This document shows positions 15,388-26,077 of a stretch of 64,000 nucleotides of DNA, one piece after another. Source of the stretch: Sumerlaeia bacterium. Lineage in GTDB: Bacteria > Sumerlaeota > Sumerlaeia > SLMS01 > JAHLLQ01. Location: contig JAVJSW010000060.1 in assembly GCA_040219255.1 (NCBI GenBank), positions 32,001 to 96,000 on the forward strand. Reading direction: 5' to 3'. Position 1 is the first letter of the stretch. The number at the start of each line of letters is the position of its first letter. The position numbers and the translations under genes were made by a program. Under the pieces are notes generated by a model. That model worked only from the letters and a program-made list of their open reading frames with translations. It ran no database searches and was not told where the DNA came from.

Positions 15388-18300
15388 CAACTACACCCCG
15401 TCGTCCCCCCGCACGTTTCGCATTTCAGGCAGGTGCCGTTGCGCACGAGGGTGAAGCTGAAGCAGGACGGGCAGGGGTCGCCTTCGTAGCCTTTCAGGCG
15501 GGCGATGCGGATTTGTTCGTCGCGGGTCATGGAGGGCTCCTGGGTGGCGGCCGTCGAGGCGGACGGCGCGGCGGCGGCCTTGGGGCCTTGGGGCTGGCGG
15601 GCGGAGTCGCCGTGGTTCACGGAGGCAGGACTCGGCGAGCCGGGGCGGAAGTGCTCGCTGACTGGCGGGCGGGCTTCCGAAGGCCGCGGCGTGTCGATGG
15701 AGACGACCCGTTCGCTGACGAATTCTTCGCCGTCGAAGTCCGGCGCGGCCTGGGCCGCCGAGCCCATGGCGTCGTGGCGCAGGTCCTCGGGGCTGACGTG
15801 GGCCAGATCGTAGCGGCCCAGGTAGCTGATCGCCAGCTCGCGGAAAATGTAGTCGATGATCGACGTCGAGCGTTTGATGTGCGGGTTGCCGCGGACGACG
15901 CCGCTGGGCTCGAAGCGCGTGAAGACGAAGCTCTCGACAAACTTCTCCAGCGGCACGCCGTGCTGCAAACCCATGCTGACGGAAATGGCGAAGCAGTTCA
16001 TCAGGCTGCGGAAGGCGGCGCCTTCTTTGTGCATATCCACGAAGATTTCGCCCAGGCTGCCGTCCTCGTATTCGCCGGTGCGCAGGAAGACCTTGTGGCT
16101 GCCGATGACGGCGCGCTGGGTATAGCCGCTGCGGCGTTCGGGCAGCCGGCGCCGGCGGCTGATGTAGCGGTAAATCAGGCGCTCGGCGATCTGCTGGGGC
16201 GAGGCGTCGGCGGTGATGGGCGCGAGCGATTCCTCGGCCACTTCCTCCGCCTCTTCCTCGTCGAGGAAGGCGAGGTCGCTGGCGGAAATGTTGAGCGGCT
16301 GGCTGAGCTTCGAGCCGTCGCGATAGAGCGCGACGGCTTTGGTCATCAGCTTCCACGCCGACATGTAGGCGTTCTTGATGTCGTCCACGCCGACTTCGTT
16401 GGGCATGTTGATGGTCTTGCTGATGGCGCCGCTGATAAAGGGCTGGGCCGCGGCCATCATCTTGATATGGCTGGGATAGGACAGGAAGCGCTTGCCGTAC
16501 TTGCCGCATTTGTTCGCGCAATCGAACACCGGCAGGTGCTCGTCGCGCAGCTCGGGTGAGCCTTCGACGGTCATGCGGCCGCAGATGTGATCGTTGGCGG
16601 CGGCGATTTCTTCCTTCGTAAAGCCAATGCCCTCAAGGACGCTGAAGCTCCAGTCGTTGAGCTGCTCGTCGCTCAGGTGCAGGTACTTGCGGCAGTTCTC
16701 CTCGCCCAGCGTCCACTTGTTGAACACGAAGGCGATGTCGAACGCCCCGTGCAATTGGGCCTCGACGGCGTCGAGCATGGCGGGCGTGAAGCCTTTTTCC
16801 TCCAGCGTGGCGCGATTGACGAAGGGCGCGCCCTCCAGCGTCAGCGACCCCCGCGCGAAAGCGATGATGCGGTCGATCTGGCGGTCGGTATAACCCAGGT
16901 GGCGCAGCGCCGCGGGCACGCTCTGGTTGATGATTTTGAAGTACCCGCCACCGGCCAGCTTCTTGAACTTCACCAGGGCGAAGTCGGGTTCGATGCCGGT
17001 GGTGTCGCAATCCATGACGAGGCCGATGGTGTTGTGAGAAATGAACCCGTTGGCGATGTAGGTGACGTTCTCCGGCACGGAAATGTCGTAGGTCAGTTGC
17101 TCGCCGCCGTCTTCGTTTGTGGCGACGGCGTCGTAGAAGAATTGCAGCGCATGGCCGAGGCGCGGGTCGCCGCTCTCGCGGTAGAGGGTTTCCGCCGCGC
17201 GGCGCGTGATGGCGCCGCCGTGGCGCTTGCGCGCGAGGGCGATGGCGTTCTTCAGCCCGGCGCCGGCGGCCACCGGCGCCAGCTCTTCCAGGACCTCGGG
17301 GGCGACGAAAACGTAGTCTTTGCGCGCGGCTTGTTCGTTGTCGGCGGAGCGCACGGCGGCGGACTTGCGTTGGCCCATGAATCCGATCCAGCGCTGGAAC
17401 GCCGCGTTGTAGGACAGGTTGCGCAGGCGGCTGACGAACAGATCGCTCTGGCCCCAGCCGCTCGTGTCCACCTTGGTGGTCGTCGGCAGGCCGAGCGTCA
17501 GCAACAGCGTCTTCACCTCTTCGCAGAACTCGCGGTGCGACGTGCTCCAGCACGGAACGTCCTGGGTCACGGTGCCATCGGCCTCATAGAGCCCGCGCAG
17601 GAACGCGCCGTAAACCAACGGATCGTTCGCGCCCAGCACGGCATCGGGGATGCGGGGCAGGTAGCCTTTGCCGGAATGGCCGGCGCTGGGGGCGGCCTTG
17701 GTGAACCCGCAGGCTTCCCACCAGAGCGTCAGCGGCACGCTGTGCAGCGAAACGCCGGTGTAGCCCTTTTCCTGGGTCACGATGGCGTCCAGGTTGAAGA
17801 GGCTCTTGGCGAGGGCGCAGAGGCGCTCGGCGACGTCCCTGTCCCCGGGCGCGACGCACAGGCGCAGGCCCTTGGCGTGGAGCGACCCATCGCCCATGAA
17901 GTACCCGACGAATTCCGCCAGATCGGCCGACATGTGGCGCGGCACGCGCGTCGTGTAATCGCCGGTCCAGTATTCCTCGCCCAGCGGCGGCAGGTTCACC
18001 GCCACCGGATCGCCCGCCAGCGCCCCCATCATCAGAGGCACCACATCGCCCGGCTGCACGTCGGCGAACCGGCGCCAGACGTGCTCGCCGGTGGCGGCGT
18101 CCACGACTTTGATGCGGTGCTTCAGGGTGCCCTGAATCGCGTAACCGGCGTCGGTGCGCAGGCGCCGCGTGTCCTCGACGCCGTTGACGAAGAACTTCGT
18201 GGCGTCGCGCTCGCCTTCGTCGGTCATGACGCTGAAGTCCGCGTCCTGCCAGCGGTCGCCGTTCACATCGCCGAGACGATTCAGCCGCATCAGGCCGCGA

Positions 18301-21300
18301 TTGGTCGAAACCATCGATCCCGCCACCAGGCATCCTGTCGGCGCGATCACCGTGGTCTGCGCGTTCCGGTATCCGTGCCGCTCGCCCATGTCCAGGGCCT
18401 GGTCCCAGGCTTCGCGGGCGGCTTCCAGGAGGGGGGCGGGGCAGTGCTCCGCCGCGATGCCCATGGGCGTCACGGTCAGGTCCTCGTAATCCGAGGTGTG
18501 GGCGTCGTAGGCGGCGCGGCGGTGGTTGCGCATGACGCGAAGCATGGGCTCGCGGTTGGGGGCGAAGCTGGGGAAGGGGCCCTTCTCGGCGGCGATTTCG
18601 GCGCTCGTGGCGTAGGACGTGCCGGTCATCAGCGACGTGATCGCGCCGCAGACGGCGAGGCCCTGGGGGCTGTCGTAGGGAATGCCGCTGACCATCAGCA
18701 GCGTCCCCAGATTCGCGTAGCCCAGGCCCAGCGTGCGGAACTCATAGGACAGGCGGGCGATGTGCTCGCTCGGGAATTGGGCCATCATCACGCTGATTTC
18801 CAGCGTCAACGTCCACAGCCGGCAGCCGTGGCGGAAGTCCTCGATGGCGAAGGCGCCGGTTTCCGGATCGCGGAATTTCATCAGGTTGAGCGACGCGAGG
18901 TTGCAGGCGGTGTCGTCGAGGAACATGTACTCCGAGCAATTGTGAACCACGATGCCGTTGGCGACGAAGTGGCTGGAGACGGGCTCGGTGAGGTCGAAAA
19001 CGTCCTCGGTGCCGCAGGGGGTGAGGGAGGCGACGCGGTCGTAAGGCTTGTCTTCGTAGGCTCTCACGGTGGCATTCAGCTCTTTCAGGCGCGCGTTCTT
19101 TTCACTGCCTTCCAGGAAGCCGATTTGCTCCTGGAAAACGACACGCGAGGACCGCGAAATCCGCATCGAATGCATTTGCGCGACCGCGTATTCCTTCAGC
19201 CCGCCCTTACCATCGGGCAGAAGTGCGGTCTCCTGACCGAGGGCGCGGCGGTTCTCGTAGATCTTGGCCTTGATGCCAAAACCGAGCAGAATCATTTGGA
19301 CTTGGCGCAGCAACTCCAGGCTCGTGCTGTCGAGCGCCACGTACTGGCTTTTGTCGCCATAATTCGCGACAGTGCCATCGGCCGTGAAGAGGCCCCGCAG
19401 AATGGCGGCCTGGCTGATGCTGTCGAGGGCGTAAACCTGATCGGTGAAAGCCTTGGCGGCGGAGCCTTGATCGAGGTGGGCGTACTTGCGCAATTCCTTC
19501 AGCACCGCGCTCACCGACGTTCCGACGCGCAGGCCAGTCTCCGTCTTGGTGATGAGGGCCTGTCGCACTCCGCGCTGATCGCCGGTGCTCAAGGTTTCCT
19601 TTGCCTCGCTCAGCGCGGCGTTCAGGTGGGCCGCGACCCGCTCTTCCGCCTCGCCGACGGTCAGGAACAGGAACTCCTGGCCTTTCGCGCCGGTGGTGAT
19701 GCAGCCATCGCCGACCGCGGCACCGAGCACCTCGCCTAGGCAAACCGGCAGCGCCTCCCTTCCAAACCCGCTCCCCTCCAGAATCACCCGGTCATCCGCC
19801 GTCAGCTCGCACGCCGGCACATCGCCGCGGTTCGCTGTCAGGACCTTGTGGTCGGCGGTCAGGCGGAGGCGATAGCCGCTCGCCGTCTTCAATTCGTAGA
19901 TCGGCTTGTGGCCCGTGGGGAAAATCTTGTCCACCCAGACCGCGTCGCCGTTGCCGTTGATGATTTCCGCGCGCTCGCCCACCATGTCGGCGATGCGGCG
20001 CAGACCGCTCGTGGTGGCGACGAGGGTGTCGCCGGTGACGCACGGGTTACTCGCATTGATCCGCCCGCTCGCCGGGCAGGTGTGCCATTCGTTGATGGTG
20101 GTGTCGTACTGCACGCCGGGATCGGCGCAGGACCACGCGGCGTAGGCGACTTTGTCCCACAGCTCCCCAGCCGGGACGGTGCGCGCCGTTTTGCCGTTCG
20201 TGCGGTTGATCAGCGCCCAGTCCGTCTCCGCTTCCACCGCTTCCAGGAAGGCGTTCGAGAGGCGGACGCTGTTGTTGCTGTTCTGGCCCGACACCGTGAA
20301 GTACGCTTCCGAGTCCCACCCCGTGTCGTACTCCTGGAATTCGAGCTTGGTGTAGCCCTCGCGGGCCAATTGGATGACGCGCTGGATGTAATTGTCCGGC
20401 ACTCCAGCGTCGCGGGCGTCGCGCACGGCGCGGCGCAGAACCTTGTTCTCGCGGGGGTTGTAATTGTCGCCGAAGAGATCCGCGTCGGCGTCGTTGCACG
20501 CCGTCATGACGGCGTTCAGGTGGCGGTTGCACAGGCGCGAGCCGCTGACCAGGGCGGCGACCTTTTGCTCCTCGCGGACCTTCCAGTCGATGAAGGCTTC
20601 GACATCCGGATGGTCGATATCCAGGACCACCATCTTGGCGGCGCGGCGGGTCGTGCCGCCACTCTTGATGGCCCCGGCGGCGCGGTCGCCGATTTTCAGG
20701 AAACTCATCAGCCCACTGGACTTGCCGCCGCCCGAGAGCGGTTCGCCCTCGCCGCGGATGCGCGAGAAATTCGACCCCGTGCCCGACCCGTACTTGAACA
20801 CCCGCGCCTCACGCGTCCACAGGTCCATGATGCCGCCGTCGTTGACGAGGTCGTCATCCACCGATTGGATGAAGCAGTTGTGGACGAGGATGCCGTTGGC
20901 AAGGAAATAGTGGTCAGCCGTGGTCAGATCATAGACCTCGTGCTCACCATCCAACTCCAATATACCTCTAACCTGTCGAACAGTGAAGTCTTCAGAAATG
21001 TCCTCATAGCCGGAGATTTCTTGACCAAAGTATAGATTTCTGGTATTTCGCAAATACTTTGCAGCGCACAAATAGTGGCCCACTTGCAGCGACTTTGCTT
21101 GGCAATCGTGGCGTACGTTATTTTCATAGGTCTGAACCACGTGGTCGTGAGTGACTCTTACCTTGCCAAAGTTTTCTGTTGCTATAACTTCATGAGAAAA
21201 TGTTATTTCAACAAGCCGCTTCTTTGTAGGTTGCTTGACTACGTATCTAATATCTTGGAGCACCCGCTGATCACGAGAAGCTATTTTGTATTTGCCAATT

Positions 21301-22055
21301 GGCAGTTTGATGCCTCCTTTTTCATCTACATGAGTTGAATGCTCTTGAACGCAATAAGCATAAAACTGATCTATGCGAATTCCACTGTGCTCGGCGGTCG
21401 AATCATCTTCGGCTCTCAGTTGCTCCCAACGTGAAGAGTTAGTGGGCTGAACATATATCTGTACATACGTATCCCCCGCCACACACGCGTGCGGCTGCGG
21501 GTGCTCGTAGGCGTTCGCCGACTTCTCCAACTCGCCCGTGAAGGGATTGACGAAGCTGTGGCCTTGGGCCGGGCCGGTGATGCCGTAGGCCCAGTGGAGC
21601 CCCGTGTTGAACCATTGGGGCGAGTTCGGCGCCGCCTTCTGAGCCGCCAGCATGTGGCACATTTCGTCGTAGTAGGCGCGGGCGTCGGCTTCGGAGGCGA
21701 AGTAGCCGCCGCGCCAACCCCAATAGGTCCAGCAGCCCGCGAGGCGATGGAAGACGGCGCGGGCGTCGCGCTCGCCGCCCATGGCGGTGCCGGGGGCGGG
21801 CACGCGGCGTTGCAGCCATTCGGGCACGCCGTCCTCGGCCACGGGCACCGATTCGGCGGGGATGCCGGCTTTGCGGAAATACTTCTGGGCCAGGATGTCG
21901 ACGGCGATCTGGCTCCAATGATCGGGCACGGCGATGTCCTTGGCCTCGAACACCACCGAGCCGTCGGGGTTCACGATGCGGCTGGTGCGGGTGGAGAAGG
22001 GAATGGCGGCGTAGGGGTCGTTACCGGCGTGGGTGAAGCGGCGGGTGATGTTCAT
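15387..22055 (-). CDS. nrdJ: Adenosylcobalamin-dependent (class II) ribonucleotide reductase precursor with three inteins
   Basis: [14 protein letters not shown]|[24 protein letters not shown]|[21 protein letters not shown]|[13 protein letters not shown]-terminal CPSC..CLKCETC; 2222-aa precursor, 1217 aa after splicing. Confidence 0.96.
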   Translation of the reverse strand: MNITRRFTHAGNDPYAAIPFSTRTSRIVNPDGSVVFEAKDIAVPDHWSQIAVDILAQKYFRKAGIPAESVPVAEDGVPEWLQRRVPAPGTAMGGERDARAVFHRLAGCWTYWGWRGGYFASEADARAYYDEMCHMLAAQKAAPNSPQWFNTGLHWAYGITGPAQGHSFVNPFTGELEKSANAYEHPQPHACVAGDTYVQIYVQPTNSSRWEQLRAEDDSTAEHSGIRIDQFYAYCVQEHSTHVDEKGGIKLPIGKYKIASRDQRVLQDIRYVVKQPTKKRLVEITFSHEVIATENFGKVRVTHDHVVQTYENNVRHDCQAKSLQVGHYLCAAKYLRNTRNLYFGQEISGYEDISEDFTVRQVRGILELDGEHEVYDLTTADHYFLANGILVHNCFIQSVDDDLVNDGGIMDLWTREARVFKYGSGTGSNFSRIRGEGEPLSGGGKSSGLMSFLKIGDRAAGAIKSGGTTRRAAKMVVLDIDHPDVEAFIDWKVREEQKVAALVSGSRLCNRHLNAVMTACNDADADLFGDNYNPRENKVLRRAVRDARDAGVPDNYIQRVIQLAREGYTKLEFQEYDTGWDSEAYFTVSGQNSNNSVRLSNAFLEAVEAETDWALINRTNGKTARTVPAGELWDKVAYAAWSCADPGVQYDTTINEWHTCPASGRINASNPCVTGDTLVATTSGLRRIADMVGERAEIINGNGDAVWVDKIFPTGHKPIYELKTASGYRLRLTADHKVLTANRGDVPACELTADDRVILEGSGFGREALPVCLGEVLGAAVGDGCITTGAKGQEFLFLTVGEAEERVAAHLNAALSEAKETLSTGDQRGVRQALITKTETGLRVGTSVSAVLKELRKYAHLDQGSAAKAFTDQVYALDSISQAAILRGLFTADGTVANYGDKSQYVALDSTSLELLRQVQMILLGFGIKAKIYENRRALGQETALLPDGKGGLKEYAVAQMHSMRISRSSRVVFQEQIGFLEGSEKNARLKELNATVRAYEDKPYDRVASLTPCGTEDVFDLTEPVSSHFVANGIVVHNCSEYMFLDDTACNLASLNLMKFRDPETGAFAIEDFRHGCRLWTLTLEISVMMAQFPSEHIARLSYEFRTLGLGYANLGTLLMVSGIPYDSPQGLAVCGAITSLMTGTSYATSAEIAAEKGPFPSFAPNREPMLRVMRNHRRAAYDAHTSDYEDLTVTPMGIAAEHCPAPLLEAAREAWDQALDMGERHGYRNAQTTVIAPTGCLVAGSMVSTNRGLMRLNRLGDVNGDRWQDADFSVMTDEGERDATKFFVNGVEDTRRLRTDAGYAIQGTLKHRIKVVDAATGEHVWRRFADVQPGDVVPLMMGALAGDPVAVNLPPLGEEYWTGDYTTRVPRHMSADLAEFVGYFMGDGSLHAKGLRLCVAPGDRDVAERLCALAKSLFNLDAIVTQEKGYTGVSLHSVPLTLWWEACGFTKAAPSAGHSGKGYLPRIPDAVLGANDPLVYGAFLRGLYEADGTVTQDVPCWSTSHREFCEEVKTLLLTLGLPTTTKVDTSGWGQSDLFVSRLRNLSYNAAFQRWIGFMGQRKSAAVRSADNEQAARKDYVFVAPEVLEELAPVAAGAGLKNAIALARKRHGGAITRRAAETLYRESGDPRLGHALQFFYDAVATNEDGGEQLTYDISVPENVTYIANGFISHNTIGLVMDCDTTGIEPDFALVKFKKLAGGGYFKIINQSVPAALRHLGYTDRQIDRIIAFARGSLTLEGAPFVNRATLEEKGFTPAMLDAVEAQLHGAFDIAFVFNKWTLGEENCRKYLHLSDEQLNDWSFSVLEGIGFTKEEIAAANDHICGRMTVEGSPELRDEHLPVFDCANKCGKYGKRFLSYPSHIKMMAAAQPFISGAISKTINMPNEVGVDDIKNAYMSAWKLMTKAVALYRDGSKLSQPLNISASDLAFLDEEEAEEVAEESLAPITADASPQQIAERLIYRYISRRRRLPERRSGYTQRAVIGSHKVFLRTGEYEDGSLGEIFVDMHKEGAAFRSLMNCFAISVSMGLQHGVPLEKFVESFVFTRFEPSGVVRGNPHIKRSTSIIDYIFRELAISYLGRYDLAHVSPEDLRHDAMGSAAQAAPDFDGEEFVSERVVSIDTPRPSEARPPVSEHFRPGSPSPASVNHGDSARQPQGPKAAAAPSASTAATQEPSMTRDEQIRIARLKGYEGDPCPSCFSFTLVRNGTCLKCETCGGTTGCS
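17031..18332 (-). mobile_element. Intein 3 of NrdJ (434 aa) with LAGLIDADG homing endonuclease
   Basis: Starts CLVAGS, has GTLKH (block B), FVGYFMGDG and [10 protein letters not shown], ends TYDISV...ANGFISHN before Thr. Confidence 0.93.
18939..20042 (-). mobile_element. Intein 2 of NrdJ (368 aa) with LAGLIDADG homing endonuclease
   Basis: Starts CVTGDT, has [13 protein letters not shown] and LRGLFTADG, ends [18 protein letters not shown] before the Cys of the NPCSE motif. Confidence 0.95.
20877..21485 (-). mobile_element. Intein 1 of NrdJ (203-aa AT-rich mini-intein, no endonuclease motifs)
   Basis: Starts CVAGDT, has VTHDH (block B), ends [20 protein letters not shown] before the Cys of CFIQSV. 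Confidence 0.9.
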
Positions 22056-22216
22056 GGTCGGGGTCCTTGCGGCGGAGTGGGAGTGGATCGGAGCGGCGTG
22101 CGGGGACGGCCATGCCTTCGCTTTTCGTTCGTCGAGGCCAATGGGCCTCCGGCGGCTGGTTTGGCGGCGGAAGTTCCCATTTGGTTTTTGGAAAAGAGGG
22201 GAGGGATACCCCGGAC

Positions 22217-22225
22217 TTTTCCACA
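22217..22225 (+). promoter_or_regulatory. DnaA-box match upstream of nrdJ
   Basis: TTTTCCACA fits TTWTNCACA. Confidence 0.45.
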
Positions 22226-22266
22226 GCTTCCAGCAAAATCGGCACAACGCGGGGATCAGACGCGTT

Positions 22267-22313
22267 CCCCTAGATGTTGTACCGTGGTTGTGTAGAAGCG
22301 CTAGATATGGCGA
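22267..22313. promoter_or_regulatory. Tandem NrdR boxes upstream of nrdJ
   Basis: CCCCTAGATGTTGTAC (22267-22282) and GCGCTAGATATGGCGA (22298-22313) match the CwAnATnTwG core and are 31 bp apart. Confidence 0.8.
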
Positions 22314-22396
22314 CTGCTGCAAACAAAAAAACGCCTCGCCAGCAACCCGAGTGAACTCAGAGGGATGGCGTTTTTTCGGATTTCCGATAGAAATGG

Positions 22397-22405
22397 TGTG
22401 GAAAA
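22397..22405 (-). promoter_or_regulatory. Second DnaA-box match upstream of nrdJ
   Basis: TGTGGAAAA is the reverse complement of TTTTCCACA. Confidence 0.45.
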
Positions 22406-22648
22406 CTGGAAGCCTTGAAATCCTTCGCTTTGCCGCCCAAGCCAGCGGACCGCCCGGCTTCTGTCAAGGAGCAATAAATTTCCGATTTTTGGAACGTGAG
22501 GGACCGCGACGGGGGGCCGGCCGCCGTGGCCACGACCGGCGGCGCCATTTCTTCAAGAGCCAACCTTCCTCCCACGCCCCCGCAAGTCCGCTCAAACCGG
22601 AAACCCGGAGCCGCCGAACTCAACGGCCCCGGTCTTTCAAGAGACGCC

Positions 22649-22681
22649 GCGGGTCACGGGCGGGACGCCCGTGTTACCTTT
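22649..22681 (-). repeat. REP-like palindrome, copy 1
   Basis: GCGGGTCACGGGCGGGACGCCCGTGTTACCTTT; 32/33 identical to 44921-44953; overlaps the stop of the gene at 22674-24440. Confidence 0.75.
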
Positions 22682-24440
22682 CGGCTTCCAAGTCGTGGGG
22701 CGCCAGTCGTCCCTCCGCCCAGGCCACCAGCCGCTCCTTGCGCCACGTGACGACGACCGCCACCGCGAACACCGCCAGCGCCGCCGCCACCATCAGCAGC
22801 GACGCCGGGACCTCGCGGACGAGGCGCCACGTTCCCCAGCCCGCCACGAGCAGTGCCTGCGCCGCGCCGGCCGTCTTCAGCGCCATCTCGTGGCGCCAGA
22901 ATCCGATGACGAGGAACCCGGCGATTTCCGCCGCCAGGAACAGGCCGCCGACCCAGCCGGGGTGCGCCGCCGCCTGCCACAACCCCAGCCCCGCCAGGAC
23001 CCAGGCCCCGCACCATCGCTCGGCGTCCGGGCGGTCTTGGAACACGAACAGGTCCATCAGCAGGTAAATCGCCAGCGCCGCCTGCATCAGCTCGGGAATG
23101 TGGGTCCGGTACGGCCCCGGCAGCCATGAGCCCGCCAGGAAAACCGTCAGCCACGCCGCGCCGGTCCAGGCCCAGAACGTCTGCCGGAACGCCGCCACCG
23201 CCAGCCACAGGACCCACACGCCCCAGACCAGGGCCAGCGGATGGCCCACGACCCACAGGAACACGCGCTCGAGGGCATCGATCACCACCGCCCACGTAAA
23301 GCCTGCCGCCCCAGTCGTGTACAAACCACCCACGACCGCTAGCCCACCCAGGACCGCGAGGCGCTTGAGGAACAGCGTCTCGCGCCAGCGCAGCCACCCC
23401 GCGATGTACGTGACGCAGACCGCCGCTCCGCACGCGATCAGCGGCAGACTGCCGGCCAGCACCGGCGGCGCGGCCAGGGCGCTGTGGCTCGACATCTTGC
23501 CTGTCACGTCATAGGGCCCGCCCGAGACGATCAATGCCCCGACCGCCAGCGCGTCCAACGCGAACACGCGCCCGGCGAGACCTTCGCGATCGCGGGCCGT
23601 GTTCACCAGGAACCAACCGAGCCCCAGCAGCGCCGGCGCCACATAGAGCGCGTAGAAGTAGATGTCGTGGATCTTCGCCGACTCGACGTGGTGGGCGATC
23701 ATCAGGGCGAAGGGCACCAGAGCGATCCAGCGCGGCAGCCACCATTGCTGGGCCCTGGTGGCGTAATCGGGGCGGCCGTCGCCGATCTTGAGAACGCCGG
23801 TCAGTGCCGGCATCGCCAGCATGTAAAGCAAAGGAATCCAACCGATGGCGTAGTAATACTCGACCCGCGGGAATTCGCGGCCGCGGTTCAGGGACTCGGG
23901 CAGCAGATAGATGAACGCCGCCGCCATCACAAAGCCGAGGAACGCCCTCGGCGACAGCCGCAACTTCACCAGCATCATCAGGATGAAAAGTTTCAGCGGC
24001 GCCGCCAGGAAGCAGAACACCGCCCAGCGCAGCGTGTCGCCCCGCTCGAAGGTCAGCAGCGCGTTGGCGAAAAAGGTGGGGTCGAGAAGGAGCAGCACCT
24101 CGATCTGAAAGAGCACGTAGGCGTCACTCAGCTTGCGGAATCGCCGCACGATGGCGATGGCTGTCGCGATGACCAGCAATTCGTACAGGTGCAGGATGCT
24201 CATGGCCTGCAACGTCGGCCCCGGGTCCTGGTTCTCGAACGTCGTGGCGGCCATGATCTTGTAGCAGCCGACGATGATCAGCAGGGCGCTGATGGGGTAG
24301 AACACGTTCTGGCGCAGGGCTTCCGCCGTGGATTTCCAGAACAGTTCGCGGACGTTCGAGGGCGGCGGGGCTTGGGGCTGGAAGACGGTGGAAGTGGGGT
24401 CTGGGGGGAATTCGGAGGCGGGAGAATTCGTTGTGCTCAT
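22674..24440 (-). CDS. Hypothetical polytopic membrane protein
   Basis: 588 aa with many hydrophobic segments; host-like codon use. Confidence 0.75.
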   Translation of the reverse strand: MSTTNSPASEFPPDPTSTVFQPQAPPPSNVRELFWKSTAEALRQNVFYPISALLIIVGCYKIMAATTFENQDPGPTLQAMSILHLYELLVIATAIAIVRRFRKLSDAYVLFQIEVLLLLDPTFFANALLTFERGDTLRWAVFCFLAAPLKLFILMMLVKLRLSPRAFLGFVMAAAFIYLLPESLNRGREFPRVEYYYAIGWIPLLYMLAMPALTGVLKIGDGRPDYATRAQQWWLPRWIALVPFALMIAHHVESAKIHDIYFYALYVAPALLGLGWFLVNTARDREGLAGRVFALDALAVGALIVSGGPYDVTGKMSSHSALAAPPVLAGSLPLIACGAAVCVTYIAGWLRWRETLFLKRLAVLGGLAVVGGLYTTGAAGFTWAVVIDALERVFLWVVGHPLALVWGVWVLWLAVAAFRQTFWAWTGAAWLTVFLAGSWLPGPYRTHIPELMQAALAIYLLMDLFVFQDRPDAERWCGAWVLAGLGLWQAAAHPGWVGGLFLAAEIAGFLVIGFWRHEMALKTAGAAQALLVAGWGTWRLVREVPASLLMVAAALAVFAVAVVVTWRKERLVAWAEGRLAPHDLEAER

Positions 24441-24557
24441 CGGGGGGAACTCCTACGGTTGGGGTCGAGGGTTCGGAGCCATTTACCGAGGTGGGTATTT
24501 TCCTGCCGCATCGGTGCAACGAAACCGGACGTGTCTGCATCGCGGAGGCGGGGTTGA

Positions 24558-25664
24558 ATGACTTCAGGGATAAATAAATCACGGATCGGGCCAGATTACG
24601 CCCCGGAGCCACCGCCCGCGTCGAATTCCGCGCCGCGCTATGTAATCTTCTTCACAGGCCTTACCGCCGCCGCTTCGGCGATCCTTGCGGCGGCCTATCT
24701 TATCGTTAGCGACCGCACCGCCTGGGGCGAGTTCCTGACGATCTGGCCGCCGGTGCTGTGGCTGTTCGGCTTGCTGCCGCTGGCGTTGCTTTCGTGCCAC
24801 CGGCGCCGCGGACGCCTCGGTGTTCTCGCTTTCGCCTGTCCGATCCTGTTCCTCGCCCTCGCCGGCGAGTGGCGGTCTTTAGTGAATCTTGTCTATTTTG
24901 CTCCCGAAGCGCCTTTTGTCTTACAAGTCGGGACATGGAACATGGGTTCGGGGTACAGTGATTCCACCAAACAGCTCCGCGAAATGGCGGCACACGAGGT
25001 GGACCTATGGCTCTTACAGGAAACTCCCGATCATTCCGATGCGTTCAGCTCGGAAACCCTGACCCAGGCTGGCTTGGCCGGCTTTCACGCGATCGACGCG
25101 GGCGATTGCGCGGTGCTCTCGCGCTGGCCGGTGCGGCGGCTCGAGAGCCAGCGCGTTGGCCCATGGGAGGCGCCGCTCGCCGTGGCGGTGGATCTGTCCG
25201 CCAGCCGGACGCTGGTGGTCGTGAACGCGCGGCTGATGCTGCCCTCGCTCGAACTCAACCCATTTTCATCGCGCGCGAGGGACCGCCTCGCCGCGGACCA
25301 TGCCCAGCGCATCGCCCAATTCCCCCGCCTGGTGGAGTTGGCGAACCGTCACGCCGAAAAGGAAAACGCCCAGGCGGCGATCGTGGGCGGCGATTTCAAC
25401 ACGCCGGGCCGCATGTGGTCCGTGCGCGCCCCCCTGCGCGGCGCGGGTTTCCGCGATGTCTGGCGCGAGGCCGGCGCGGGCTGGCCCGGCACCATGACCG
25501 CCGATTTTCCCGTGGCCCGCATCGACCAGCTCTGGGCGCGGGGTGCCCTGCGCCCCACGCTCGCCCGCGTCCACCCGGCCGATGGCCTCTCCGACCACCG
25601 CCCGCTGCTCGCCGAGCTTGCCTGGGAGGGCGAAACCTCGGCATCCCCCGCGCCCCAGCGGTGA
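24558..25664 (+). CDS. Membrane-anchored endonuclease/exonuclease/phosphatase family protein
   Basis: N-terminal TM segments; TWN, LQE, GGDFNTP, RIDQ and SDHRP motifs. Confidence 0.88.
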   Translation: MTSGINKSRIGPDYAPEPPPASNSAPRYVIFFTGLTAAASAILAAAYLIVSDRTAWGEFLTIWPPVLWLFGLLPLALLSCHRRRGRLGVLAFACPILFLALAGEWRSLVNLVYFAPEAPFVLQVGTWNMGSGYSDSTKQLREMAAHEVDLWLLQETPDHSDAFSSETLTQAGLAGFHAIDAGDCAVLSRWPVRRLESQRVGPWEAPLAVAVDLSASRTLVVVNARLMLPSLELNPFSSRARDRLAADHAQRIAQFPRLVELANRHAEKENAQAAIVGGDFNTPGRMWSVRAPLRGAGFRDVWREAGAGWPGTMTADFPVARIDQLWARGALRPTLARVHPADGLSDHRPLLAELAWEGETSASPAPQR

Positions 25665-25741
25665 TTTAATCGAGCCCCCGCCGCCCCAGTCCGAAAACCC
25701 GCTTGTTCTCGCGCGGTCGAATCAGGCAGGACTGCGGCGCT

Positions 25742-26077
25742 ATGGCGACGGAACGGTTCTCTACACTGCCGAAGGGCGACGACGTGCGATGGGTGACGCT
25801 GCCGGTGACTCTACCGGCGGAGTGCATCCAACGCGTCTGCGTTCTGATGGAAGGCTACGACAACCTGGCCGTCGTCCGCACGCCGGTTCCCGGCGTGGGC
25901 CTGCTGCACGTTTACGTGTGGAGCGGCCACGAAGCCCTTGCGCGGCGGGTCCTGGCGGACATCGGCCGCGAATTTCCCCTCCACATCGGCGAAGCCATCG
26001 CCGGCATGGTGGGCCAGGATGAAACCTGGATCGATCACGACAAGAAGCCGAACCGATCGGCTGCGGATACCCCATGA
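25742..26077 (+). CDS. Small DUF4911-like protein
   Basis: 111 aa; LMEGYDNLAVVRT motif; stop overlaps the next start (ATGA). Confidence 0.65.
   Translation: MATERFSTLPKGDDVRWVTLPVTLPAECIQRVCVLMEGYDNLAVVRTPVPGVGLLHVYVWSGHEALARRVLADIGREFPLHIGEAIAGMVGQDETWIDHDKKPNRSAADTP

Noticed and set aside
16587-19739. 1050-aa plus-strand ORF
   Set aside because: Antisense shadow of nrdJ caused by GC-rich codon bias; no recognisable motifs.
22056-22322. N-terminal extension of NrdJ in the ORF track, or a cobalamin riboswitch
   Set aside because: Similarity starts at MNITRRFT (22055), the extension overlaps the NrdR boxes, and I could not recognise a B12 box.
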